This document shows positions 24,604-36,764 of a DNA stretch of 64,000 nt, piece after piece. Each line of letters begins with the position of its first letter. Position 1 is the first letter of the stretch. The notes under the pieces were generated by a model. That model searched no databases, had not been told where the DNA came from, and saw only the letters and a list, made by a program, of their open reading frames with translations. Source of the stretch: Lytechinus pictus (lineage: Eukaryota); NCBI RefSeq assembly GCF_037042905.1, contig NC_087252.1, positions 26,414,001 to 26,478,000 of the forward strand. Reading direction: 5' to 3'. Made by a program: the position numbers and the translations under genes.

Positions 24604-25065
24604 AGGTGGTTTCAGACCGCCTCGAAGTTCGTCAGTTCCAGGTATTACCCCGATCAGAAAATACCAGGTATTTTGGTAATGTGAAAGCAAACTACGCGTA
24701 ATTGCCCCGAAAGAAAATACCCGCTTAATAGTAGGTACTTGGCGAAATTACGAGAACTTTCGCGGGGATTTTTCCAAGGTCGCAGGTATTTTGGCAATGT
24801 GAAAGCAATTTACGGGAACTTTTAGCCCAGCGTGTCGTTGGGCGCGGGCGCCGTGGGTGGCTGCTGGGCTAGTGATTGAATCTAGCGCCTTGCCTTCTTA
24901 ATATACAGACCATACTGCGCATGCTCGTAACTTCAGGAACTTATCCCGAAGGGTATGTTTCGGGGCGGTGTGAATGCAGGAATAATTAATGGGTATTTTT
25001 TTAACCTAAAAATGTTCTCGTAATTTAACGGGGATTCTTGTGATCGAGGCGGTTTGAACCCGCCT
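24604..25065. mobile_element. MITE with 3-bp flanking repeat (Harbinger-like)
   Basis: AGGTGGTTTCAGACCGCCTCGA / TCGAGGCGGTTTGAACCCGCCT, with AAT on both sides. Confidence 0.75.
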
Positions 25066-25154
25066 AATGATATGCCATTGGAAATAACATAACTGTTTGA
25101 TAAGGCTGGAGTAGGTTTTGACTGGTATGACAAGAGCATGGTGATATCACTTAC

Positions 25155-25246
25155 GTTGTATACATTGTCTGCTCCCTCTGTTGACTGTCCAGCCTGGACA
25201 ACACGTATTCTGACCCGTCGTTGCCGATCTACAAACGTGAGGTCCT
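25155..25246 (-). CDS. Fibrillin/LTBP-family-like protein, coding exon 2 (4-Cys FUN-like domain)
   Basis: atttcag acceptor, gtaagt donor, 92 nt, phase 2-1; encodes (R)GPHVCRSATTGQNTCCPGWTVNRGSRQCIQ(P), matching the fibrillin N-terminal motif GPNVC...CCPGW...QCIVP. Confidence 0.88.
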
Positions 25247-25713
25247 CTGAAATAATTCAAAAATAAGAAAATATGGTCAAAATATATTCAATATCATATA
25301 TTGTTACTAAATATTTGCAAAAATTGAAAAAAATGCTCATATAATCTCTTATCAATGTTACAATATTCTGTCCCATTATGCTTGAAATATATTTGCTCTA
25401 AAAACCTGAAAATATTTTCTGTTTGTTCCAATGATTAAAAGTGAAATTGATATCTTTGGGTCAATGCTGCAAAAATATTTTGACCAAATACGAAATAAAA
25501 ACCATTTTGAGTTTGCTATTCTGTACACAGGTATGTAGGCTGTAAGCCAGTTTGGTTCTCTTTCTACAGCATTGTTTGTGAAATGATTTGATCTTCTTGT
25601 CTTTTCAACCTGCATCGTCTTGCCTGTGTGTGATTTGTCTCTAATTTTTTGTTTCATTCTCCCACTTATCTCTCACCCCCCCCCCCCCCTTCCCCCCTCC
25701 TCTATCTTTCCCT

Positions 25714-26115
25714 CGATCTATTTCCAATTCGTCTAATTCCAGTTCGTCCAATTGCCAACTTGTCTATATCATTTGGTCTACCATCAGTTCATCCACATGG
25801 TGTAACTGCCAATTCATCCACTCACCATTTGGTCTAGTAACCAGTCGGTCCAATGGCCATGTAGTATATATCATTTGGTCTAATTGGGCCAAGTGTTAAT
25901 TGTGCAAAGTGAATGGAAATGAAATGGACATCAGACCAACTGATTATGATACGGAATGGTCATAGACGAACTGGTGATTAGACGAAGTGATGATCGGACT
26001 AAATGGTTATTGGACCAAATGCTAGTTAAACAAAATGTTGCATGGAATGGCATTAGACTAAAGTAGACCATGAAGTGAGTGGGCGAGTTGGCAGGAGACG
26101 GATTGGCAATTTACC
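25714..26115. mobile_element. Inverted second copy of the 4740-5145 foldback-type element
   Basis: Ends TTGGCAATTTACC, the reverse complement of GGTAAATTGCCAA at 4740; same sub-repeats. Confidence 0.75.
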
Positions 26116-27519
26116 CTTCCCTCTCTCTCTCTCTCTCTCTCTCTCCCTCTCTATCTCTCTCTCTTTCTATCTCTCTCACTCTCCTTTTTTTGCTCTCCCG
26201 ATATCAAATGATGGATGTATCATTTCCATCAAGTCAGTTCATGAACTTGATCAGAAAGTTGGGATCTCAATTAGGCATATAATGAATAGACCAGAACGAA
26301 CCAGGGTGGGGTTTCACAAAGATGCTTGTAAAGTTACGAACGACTTTACGAACGACTGGAACATATTCTTAGGTGTCAAGTCAACTACCTAAAGCACAAG
26401 AAAGGGTTTTGTTCGTAAAGTCATTCGTAACTTATAAATGGCTTTGTGAAAGGGAGCCCTGATAGGCTAACAAGAAGAAAAGTTTTTAGATGTCCTTTGA
26501 TGTTGACAAATTAAGGCTATTTAATTTCTACTAATATGAACTTGGTGTAATGATTATCCCAATTGAATTATTCCTTCAAATACTATTACCATGAACCTCA
26601 GGTTAAGTTTAAACCCATTGGTGACTTATTATGTATAGCACACATATCCATTTTTCAGAGACCCTAGAGTGCACAGTATCCAAGAGGTTAATGCCCGTCT
26701 GTAAGTGAGAAACCAGTTGAATTGTATAAAAACAGAAAATCACAGAAACAGATAAATTAAGTATGAGAAAAGTGAAATAAATGACAAGAATTTGTACTGA
26801 GTATTTGAATGTTAAGATCACTATGAGGATCCCCCTATTGGCAATAGGACCAAGATGTGTGTAGTACAAACAACTTCCCCATTATTTTTATACATACTTT
26901 ACTTAAAATTGTCTTTTCTATCAAGCCTATCAGTAGAGTAGGCTTTCTTTTAATGGAAGAATGTGTGATGGAATTTGCACAAAATACATTATGGATTAGT
27001 TAGTAGTAGCATCATTATAATGACCAAAAACATAAGTTTTTAAAGGCTTTATTGCCCATTAAAGGTAATCTCGAATTGTTAATATGCAACAGTAACATCA
27101 CATATCTTGGTCACATTGCCTTTCAGAGGATCTCCACAACATTACCAACCTCAAAATTTTAATGCTCCTAATTTCTTACTTATTCATTTTTTTACAAACA
27201 TTCACTAATCCATTTCTGTAAAGTGGTATCAAAAGTTTAATTCTCCTTTAAAAGCATTGGTTGCCAGAGCCGCAGATGGAACCGCAGATCTTGCTTCCCA
27301 CTTGTGCCTCAACCGAAAGACTACTTTTAGCAGGGGAGTGATATTCAGATGTGAGGATTGACACTGGGGAAAGTGAACTTGTTTTAAATATCTAAAGCTA
27401 TGTCGAGAATTAACATCTAGCGAAGAAACACATGCCACTATTAGCGTCAACTCCACGTTCGCCAAGGAGATTGTCTTAACAGATCTACCATGGGAGAGTG
27501 ATTTAAAGGGAATCGCATG

Positions 27520-27925
27520 CATGTTAAGAAAGGTGTCCTGGCAGTACGATACTCCCCAGGGAGTGGAGGTGGCTTGACTGCAGGATATTTATACAAATGA
27601 AGCTGTATCATACTTAATGAAATGGTGCTCTAGCAGTACAATATTCCACATAGAGTAAAGGTGGGGATAAACATTTGTAGGTATAGGCTGTTCTTATTGA
27701 TTCACCTCTTGGCACCGATTTGAATTGAAAATGTATGCCTAATAGGAATGATGCATTGGCAGAACAATACTCCCCAGGGAGTGGAGGTGGTGATGAACAT
27801 TGTTTGTACAATATCTTAATGGATTTACTGCAGAAGAATGCTTCTTTAAGGGAGCTTTACATGTATGCCTAGGCCAATATGATGGTGTTCTAACAGTGCA
27901 ATCCTCCCCAGGGAGTGGAACTCCT
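27520..27925. repeat. Diverged tandem array (four units, about 90-135 bp) with CTCCCCAGGGAGTGGA motif
   Basis: Motif at ~27552, ~27770, ~27905 and degenerate at ~27643. Confidence 0.65.
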
Positions 27926-29460
27926 GCATATCATTTGCATATCTCTAATGATACACAAAATTATGATATGGTTCTGGAATATACTTATAAACCTAATGCA
28001 GCTATCACTGTAATGCAATGGGATCTTCACCCAGATGTCACCAAACCATAAAGGAAATGCCTTCAATTTAGATCACTGGTCCTCAAATTGCCCATGGATA
28101 ATTGAATTATTTCAGATGATTCCTGTCGAAGCATCAGGAAAGAGAGAGAAGGTTTAAAATCACAGAGTGTGACACTTTGCCATGGTAACAGGCCAACAGC
28201 TGAACAAAATTTAACCAAAAAAATATTACTATACTGTACAACATACCTGAATTATTCCAGGCACCATCCCCTCTCCAACTGTCTTGACCCCCACATCAAC
28301 CCCTTGCCTTCTCTTTCTGTAACACTATTTCTTGCTCTATCTACATGCAACTACCCCCCCCCCCCCCCACTTTCTCTCTCTATCTCTCTCCCTCCCTCTC
28401 ATCAAAATTCAGAGTACCATGTTTCCTTAATGACAACACATGTCACATTAAAAACTCCACCCAATGTTATTTATAACATGATCAAAGCGAATTCAAATGA
28501 ACACACTATATTCCAGAATTTACATACATGTACACCCTCTGAAACCTTATGTACCCCTTTCAATGTTTTTTCTTTGATTCTGCCTTTGCTGGAAAGGGTC
28601 AGCGTTTTGGACCAAAAGGGCCTATAATAATACCTGTAGATTTGATTAGCCAAATGTTGCCATTTGGCATTACAACACATAGGTAATAATAAATTGCAAA
28701 TTATGAAAGAACGATGTTGATTAGTTCCTGGTCAGTGTTTTGGACAAGAGGCGAATACAACAAGGAATTTGATTGGGCCTTGTGTTTGCAATTCAAAGTC
28801 CATAAAAAGGAGTTTTCACACAGCGACAAAGACCAAATTCAAGAACACAGTAAATGTATAGAAAATACCCGTCAAATGACCATGGACAGCTGGAGGTCTT
28901 TCTTGAAACCTAGAGAACCAGAACAGCAGTTTCGCCCAAAGTTTCTGAGCTGACGAAAAATTGAACATGTCATTTGTCCAGAGTCCAGGATGAGACTTCT
29001 GTTTTGATTCACCAATTATTGACAAAGACTTCTTGGTTGCTCTTTGTCATAAAGGGCATTCGACACTACATTTTCTATGTCCTTGAAAGCATTCTACATC
29101 ATGGTGCGAAAACTCCCTTTATATCACTTTGTGAAAGGGGTCTCGCCAACTATGGTAACTTTGCAATTATAGTAACTACATGTACCAATGTTAAAGGGCT
29201 CATCATCCAATCATAATCAAGGTTTCCATGGTAACAGACCCATGGAGATGAACTTCTAGCCTAAATTAAGGGTTAGAGACCACTTCACACCTCTGTGTGA
29301 ATTCTAGCGAGAGAGCAGAGGATGTCTAATAGACGATGGAATAGATGCCATGTGTACAATCAGTAGGATATCCTTCACTTATAAACTCTTGTGTCTCCAT
29401 GCCAGTCATTAAACCATGCTGATGAACTCACACCCAGTTTACAAGCAAATCAATGCTCTT

Positions 29461-29682
29461 CGGTATTCTGTAATTCGAAGAGGTTATCAACGGTGACACG
29501 TTAGGGTTAGGGTTGCGATAGGGTTTTATGTTAGGTTTAGGATTAGGTTTAGGGTAGGGTACAGTCTTCAATCCAGGGTTCAAGTTAGGTAGTGATTGGA
29601 TAAGAGCATAGAGCTATATAGCTCTATGATTAGAGTGTGGAATTTGTAGCGGAGCAATTGCCGTCGAAGCAAGTGTCATGGA
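29461..29682. mobile_element. Probable non-autonomous element fragment carrying telomere-like TTAGGG variants
   Basis: TTAGGGTTAGGGTT...TTAGGTTTAGGATTAGGTTTAGGGTAGGGT followed by GGAGCAATTGCCGTCGAAGCAAGTGTCATGG. Confidence 0.5.
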
Positions 29683-29833
29683 TTGATATTAGATGTCAGG
29701 TCAAAACACCATTGTAATAGTAATACCATCAAAACACATATATTTTTTTCACACTCTTTAGAAGACACATTTGCTTGCGAACTTGATCTGAAGACATTGA
29801 TGTACGCCTATCACCTTGCATGATACACATATA

Positions 29834-30127
29834 GGCCCGTATTCTGATAGCAGGTTTAAAGTTGTGGTTTAAGTATGGATAGCCAATTGTTACATAAATC
29901 ACTAACAGTAGAGATATCTTTCTTCAGCTCATTTGGCTCTCAAATCATTCATAATTGTCTAGGAAGTATAAAAAGATGATTGTCTTCACCATTGAAGAAT
30001 CGGGAAAGAGCACAGTAAACATAAGAAACATACAACTTAATAACAATTTTGATACTTTTGGCTTCCCATACTTAAACCACAACTTTAAACTTGAGTTTAA
30101 GTTAAACCTGCTATCAGAATACGGGCC
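29834..30127. mobile_element. Family C MITE copy
   Basis: GGCCCGTATTCTGATAGCAGGTTTAA / TTAAACCTGCTATCAGAATACGGGCC. Confidence 0.85.
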
Positions 30128-30130
30128 AAA

Positions 30131-30964
30131 GAGTTGAGGCCAGAAGTTTACATACACCAAGGAAATTCACAGAAAAGTTGACACTTGCCAAACATCGTAA
30201 AAATTTACTGTCTCTTACAAAATATTTGTGCTATCATGACGAATTTGATATCAAACAAATGAGTATATCATGCCCCTTCATGAGTCTGCTGTGCAAACCC
30301 TTCACTCGAGTAAAGGGTCTGAATTGCAGCCTACTCATGCCTTGTGTACTGAAGGCCTGTATTGGAACAGCAAGTTTTTTATGTGCTAGTCTTTGCATGG
30401 AGGCACACTTGTTGATCAAAGTTCCAATCAGGGTCTGTGCCTGCAGACTACACCTTCATCACATTGCTTTGTCATCAGGAGCTGAAAAATATTTAGGTGT
30501 CATTTTTTCCCCAAAAATCTTCATATTTTAGACAAATTAAAAATAAAAAACTTGACAAAAACGTTTCATATTTGTGCTAGTTACTTCTCAACACAAACAT
30601 ATCACATTACATTTTTTTTTCAGTGGTGACATATCATGATAGAAAATTTTAATATAAATCATAGATTTGACATTCATATTATTTCTATGAAACGATGTTT
30701 GAAAATATAATAAACAAACAATAGAATACATTCGGCATGAATATTACTTTGTTTTCTTCAAAGAAAATTCCACCTGAAATATACTCTAATCTTAACAGCA
30801 TCCCAATCATGTGAAAGAGCTTAATACGCTCTTTCATTTCATACAAAATTCGTCATGGTAGTATTTACATTTCTGAAGATATAGTAAATTTTACGATGGT
30901 TGGTTGGTAAGCGAACAAATTTCACTGAGTTCCATGGGTGTATGTAAACTTTTGGCCTCAACTG
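30131..30964. mobile_element. Non-autonomous Tc1-like element with Sleeping-Beauty-like termini
   Basis: Left GAGTTGAGGCCAGAAGTTTACATACACC, right GGTGTATGTAAACTTTTGGCCTCAACTG|TA; no transposase ORF inside. Confidence 0.75.
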
Positions 30965-31076
30965 TAGATGCAGTGGTTCATGATCACTTTGTTTGTTTGT
31001 TCATTCATTAATTCATTTTATTTCTTGTTTTTATTCACCTATTTATTTATATGAATTGATTATCATTATTATAATA

Positions 31077-31450
31077 GCCGTGGTGTAGTGGTTCTGACTC
31101 TCGCCTTTGTAAACAGAGGGTCGTGTGTTCGAATCCCACCGCGGTCTAGCGTCCTTTGGCAAGGCGTTAATCCACACTTTGCCACTCTCGACCCAGGTGC
31201 TAAATGGGTACCCGGTAGGATGCGAAAGATATTGTATGTTTGATTTTGCCAGCGCCATAATGAGGCTGCGATGAATGCAAGGAATGCTCCCCAGGGAGTG
31301 GAAATTGTGCACTTTTCGTGCGGGATTGAAATGAATCCAATGACCGGGGTAATAATATGCTGTAACGCGCTTTGAGCCATTCTGGGAAAAGCGCTTTATA
31401 AAAATTGCCTATTAGTATTATTAATATTATCATTATTATCATTATTATTA
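31077..31450 (+). mobile_element. Full-length tRNA-derived SINE (Deu/Nin-domain-like)
   Basis: A box TGGTGTAGTGG, B box GTTCGAATCC, core CCCAGGTGCTAAATGGGTACC, (ATT)n tail; near-identical head inverted at 48190-48325. Confidence 0.85.
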
Positions 31451-31978
31451 TCATTGTTGTAAAAAATGGGGATGGTGGGTATACTCGGATGTGAAAATGC
31501 AATTGAAGCAGAATGATGGGGAGATGTAAGGAGTTGCTCCAAGGGTCTTCATTTTCCTTCATTCTCCTTTCTAATATCCGTTTCCAAGTTTTTACCATTC
31601 CACACATTTTTGATGGACAAATTGTCATATCTTGAAAATGACATGAGGAAACAGAGTACTATTCCTTTATCACAGGATCAACAACAGGATCAACAGGGAA
31701 ATGTTTGTTTAGAGAAGAAAACAAAAATGATAACAATAACATTATGGTTTTTGCCCTGAGTAGGAGGAATCCAAATGTTAATGTTTCCTTTAAGATCAAC
31801 AGAGGAAGGAGGTACTTCCTTGGTGAATTCATTTTGATTGACAAACACTGCCTCAAAAAAAGTAACAAAATGTCAAAATCTTTTTAAAGTTGTCTCCTTC
31901 GTACAGGTGAATTTAAAGGGGGACATCTATCATGATAGTAACAATTATTAGGGAAATGGCACATTAGGTTTTTCAAGT

Positions 31979-32219
31979 GCACAGCATAAACTGCGGTGTT
32001 AACCGGTGTACATAGAGGACCACACCAGTTATTTTACACCGGTGTTAAATTGACAGTGTTAGTTTAGCACCTATAGGTGTTATTGCAACACCATTGGTTG
32101 TTACATGTACACTCGTTGGTGTTATATTCAATCTCTAGGGTGTAATTTTAACACCAGAGGGTGTGGTCCTCTATTAACACCCACTGGTGTCAGTTTTAAC
32201 ACCACAGTTTTTACAGTGT
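31979..32219. mobile_element. CAC...CAGTG MITE with AACACC sub-repeats
   Basis: GGTGTT/AACACC repeats arranged in inverted fashion; ends TTTTTACAGTG; related to 39773-40014, 1531-1870 and 43354-43545. Confidence 0.6.
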
Positions 32220-32280
32220 GTGATATAAAGAATGTACAGTGTTTATTTGTTTATAAAAGATAGATTATTAATTAGTGCAG

Positions 32281-32437
32281 GGCTCTGTAACAAAAAGGTT
32301 TGCAATCAATCGCTAAATACCAATGACCAATCGAGATCGTCGTTGCACACGCACTCTGTTTAAAATACTGACCGGGAACCAATCAGTGCAGTTCTTTCAT
32401 ACTTGCAATTCTTTGCAAACCTTTGTGTTACAGAGCC
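32281..32437. mobile_element. 157-bp Harbinger-like MITE, CAG TSD
   Basis: CAG|GGCTCTGTAACA ... TGTTACAGAGCC|CAG; relative at ~55918-56048. Confidence 0.8.
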
Positions 32438-34018
32438 CAGGTGTCCAAGTAATCCTTGAAAGAAATATAGTAATTGAATGAGTAATCTAGATAACAGTTC
32501 CCAAGGGGATTTTGCTCTGTTCCAAATGACTCATTAAACATGTTTGAAAGTGATGAAAATATTGCACTATGCCAAAATGGCAAAACATAATGCACACCTG
32601 TTGATGCAGACATGTATGAATAGCTGGTACTGTCAATCTCTCCTTATAATTTGAATCAGATAAGCATGTAAAAGACACACTAGTTATGTGGTTTCTGTAA
32701 ACATAATTACAAGGAAATTTTGTTTCCACATTCAAATTGCAAAATATTTCTCATAAACATTTGTTGTAAGAATAAAATATCTATAATATTTATAACAAAT
32801 ATATCTTAAAGAAAAAGTGGTATTTCCAATTGCGACTTTCATAATAATTTCATTCAAAGTTATGTCACTATATTTGCAAACCCTTCGCCTGGAATTTTCT
32901 TTTTTTAATATAATAGCCAGTCTTCACCATCAATCCTTATCATTAAAGTCCTCTTTCAAAAACCTCCACTCGTTTAAAACAGCTCTATTTACCAAAACCC
33001 CTATTTCTTTAGAGGTAGTCATGTTTATTTTTCCTAATACTAATCCTTATACTTGAAAAAAGTATCAGGGATCTATAGATGATTTGGCAGTAAATAAAAA
33101 TCAGAAGATGGTCAAGTAGAACGGTTCACTCCTCGCAAATTCCCTTCGGCAGGGTTGTTTACGAATGAGAAAATAACAATCATGACATTTCTTCAGTTGC
33201 ATTATTTAAATTTAACCAATTTAAGATTCATTTCTACATTTATTTACATTTATGGTAGTATATGGGTTAACGTCTTCGGGTTCTGAAATACATATTTTCT
33301 CTCGGGAGGAAATGGAGGTCTGCTTCGCTGACTATGACTTCCTTCATATCTTCAGTCATCCTGATATAAAGCGTATTATCCGCTTTTATCTCACGTGAAC
33401 TTAAAACAAATTTAGGCTATGTTGTATTTCTCTACCTCTATCTTTTAGTAATGTTTTGTTTTTGCTTAAGCCTTGTTTTTTAGGGGTTGACTAACCGTTT
33501 TTTTCTATCATAAACTGTATAATCTTTTTACTATTTATTTAGTTTGAATCAATCGAAAATGAATCGTTAACTAAATGACATGGTCTTGTCGATAATTCAT
33601 CGAGCTGGAAACTATAATGTAAGTTAATGGTTAAAAAATCAAAAGATAATTGTCATAAATTCAAGATATTTATTGTTTTACCTTTATATTTGTTTGTTAT
33701 CAATATCTTGTTTCACTATAGATGTGCAATAACTTTTACTGAATAATCAATGTAATGGTATCAAACACCTCATGAAAGTTGCACAAACCCTTTCGAAATA
33801 AAGAAATTGGTCATCTGAATTGTAACAGAGGGGCAAATAAGTTAATTATAACTTTGTGTCAAGAAATTCATCCATATTGTGCCGCACTCATCCCAGGTGA
33901 GGTAAATGGGTACCTGGTAGGAATTTATTCCTTCAAACACTGAATACGGAACAAGGCTCAGCTAAATCCAGGGTTATAATATGCTGCATATAATGTTACA
34001 GACTTCTTATAATGTCTT

Positions 34019-34430
34019 TGACACTGTTCTCACTACCTTCTTAAAACTAGTTCAGTAGAAACTAGTTTAATGTGTAGTGAGAACGGTCGAAGCGATCTTC
34101 CAAACCGGTTCAGAAAACCACCTTGCGATGTAGTTTTCAAGATCGCTTTGCCTTGTTAAACTGGTTTTAGCGTAAGTGAGGACACAATTTGAGCGCGCTA
34201 CTCCACACGACAGGTGTAGAATGCCTATGCTGCAGTTTCGAATTTCGTGCGAAACGTGTCACCCCACTGAGATCTTGTTTCCATAGCACCACGATTGCTT
34301 TACCACAAGTAATTTTGAAAACCACTTTCGTGTGATCAAGTGGGAACACTAGCAAAGCGATCTTCTATACTGGTTTCCTGAATTGGTTTCCAGTAAACTA
34401 GTTTAAGAAAGCGTAATGAGAACAGTGTCA
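34019..34430. mobile_element. ~410-bp MITE with long imperfect TIRs
   Basis: TGACACTGTTCTCA...TTCTTAAAACTAG / CTAGTTTAAGAA...TGAGAACAGTGTCA. Confidence 0.8.
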
Positions 34431-34877
34431 TTGTTATGCATGATATTAAAAGCAAAAGCATAGGTCTAAGGTATGATTTTTATAATTTTATAATTTGCCT
34501 TTAAGGGTCGTACATCATCAGTCATGGCTGAATGTTGACAGGGGGGTACCCCAGCCCCTTGCCAAGGGAGTCTAGGATGACATTCATACACCCCCCTGCT
34601 GTCACACAGGAAACACATGCCAGCATCTTATCAAGACTTTACCCCCATTTTCAAAGGGGATCGATCGTCTTCCATCCACAGTATGATCACATATACAAAT
34701 ACCACGCTGCTCTAAATGTGTTTGATCACATTAGCGCATATAACTTTAAGTAACTACAGCATTTTCACAAACACTAAGCGGAAGCTGTTTGAACGCAAAG
34801 AATCTTTTGTCAAAAGTCCTTAATAACAAAGCAGACTTTGTCGAAAATCAGGGAATCAATGCAGAAGAGTAGTCCTG

Positions 34878-35148
34878 GGCCCCGTCTTACAAACAGTTAC
34901 GATTGATCCGATCAATCGCAACTATGGACTGCCAGCAACGTCAACATTTATTATTCATGTTTGTTCAAAATATTTTTCAACTATGATGTATATTCATGCA
35001 TTCATTGTTTTCTTAGGAATTCACTGTGCTTCTCTTTGTTTACACAGGACACTGTGCAAATTTCCTGTAGAAAAAAATTATGACACTGATGGATTTCCAT
35101 AGAGTTAAGATTGATTGGATCAATCTTAACTCTTTGTAAGACGTGGCC
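34878..35148. mobile_element. ~270-bp Harbinger-like MITE (family D), CTG TSD
   Basis: CTG|GGCCCGTCTTACAAA ... TTTGTAAGACGTGGCC|CTG; inverted copy at 39421-39691. Confidence 0.85.
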
Positions 35149-35451
35149 CTGGACTCTGGACAAACGACATATTTTCGATTTTTCGTCTGGTCTGAATCTT
35201 AAGACAATGTGCTGTCCCGGTCCACCAACTTTCGACAATGACCTATAGTCATTCCATTGTGATTTGAAGAGGAGCATTTTCAATAGATTCTCAATGTTCC
35301 AAAAAGCAACTCCTATACATGTCTAAAGTCATGACATGCATTGGACAATCCTGAAGTTATCAAATGAACTCATATTAATGCACAAATGAGAGCCGCATGG
35401 TGTTTGTTACCTTATATAAGAAGGGATATCAGAAAGTGCAATGTCTAGTGG

Positions 35452-35702
35452 CACTGGCAGATCCAAGGGGGCACAGCCGCCCCCCCCCCCCCCCCCTTTG
35501 AGAAGCAAAATTAAAATTTGTAATGTACAAATGCCGTTTTTGGTTAAAAACTTATTTTCTCCGTTTTTTTTCTTTTTGCTTGTCAAAATTTTTCTGGGAC
35601 GAAATATCCTAAATTTTGGGTTGAAAACCCTTTTTTTTTTTGGTTGTCAAATTTTTCCTCAGAAAAATGTGCCCCACGTTTGGAAAATTCTAAATCCGCC
35701 CA
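35452..35702. mobile_element. hAT-like MITE with 8-bp TSD
   Basis: TCTAGTGG at 35444-35451 and 35703-35710; CACTGGCAGATCC start and AATCCGCCCA end. Confidence 0.75.
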
Positions 35703-35945
35703 TCTAGTGGTGTTTGTTTTTCAAACTGATGTTTAAATTCAACTTTATCCAAAGACAGGTACCTACCAGAATAATGGTTTAATATCAAAATTCACTTCTT
35801 TCTTCATTTCTTTTTTTGATGGAGGTAGTTTGGCATTGATGGATGTATGTGATATCTTTGAATAGAGTAGGTCCTACAGTACTTCATACATAAGAAAACA
35901 ATACTATTCTATGAACAGTAACATAATATATTTCTTAAAGAATTT

Positions 35946-36764
35946 AAGAGTTTAGTTGCAAAAGGGGTTAGGTCCACTTTGGACCATTCTGAGAAAAAAC
36001 ATGTTTTTATTCTCACTTATTGCAATATTCTTATGAGAAACTAAATTATCATGATGTACTACCCTATCATGTGAACATAAAATTGAGTATAAAAGAAATC
36101 TACCTGTCTTCATTTTTTTTCTATATATATTTTTTTTAATTATCATTGTGGACCTAATCCCTTTTGCAAGCAAACTGAAATGAATCCAATCTCTTTTGAT
36201 TAAAAAAGTGATTTTTCTTTGCCACTTTCATTCATGTTTTCATTTGACTTTTCCAATTTTCTTTGGTATCAAAAGAGCGACTAAAAATGTAGAGGTTTAG
36301 AGACAGAAAACAATAAAATTTATGAAAAATTGACCTACCCCCTTTTGACAAATGAGTTCAGAAGAGTTTAGTTGCAAAAGGGGTTAGGTCTACTGCAAGA
36401 AAATATTTTTTTTAATTCTCCCATATTGCAATATTCTTAAGCGAAACTGAATTTTCATGATACCCTACCATGAGAACATAAAATTGGGTATAAAAGAAAT
36501 CTACCTGTCTTCATATTTTTTAAGATGTTCTTTTCCAAAAAAAATCTGTGTGGACCTAACCCCTTTTACAACTTAACTGAAATGGACCTAACCCCTTTTT
36601 AAAAAAAAGTGATTTTCTTTGCCATATCAGTTCACTTTTTAATGGGAATTTCAACTTTTCTTTGGCATCATCTTATAGAGCTACTAAATATATATACATT
36701 CAGACCAAAAAAAAATCAAATTTGATGAAAAATGGACCTAACCCCTTTTGCAAGTGAGCTCTTC
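35946..36764. mobile_element. Head-to-tail tandem pair of a ~410-bp MITE
   Basis: AAGAGTTTAGTTGCAAAAGGGGTTAGGTC at 35946 and 36362; inverse motif GGACCTAACCCCTTTT internally and at the right end. Confidence 0.8.

Noticed and set aside
31043..31628. Three overlapping minus-strand ORFs of 89-142 aa
   Set aside because: They are antisense readings of a SINE and its (ATT)n tail.
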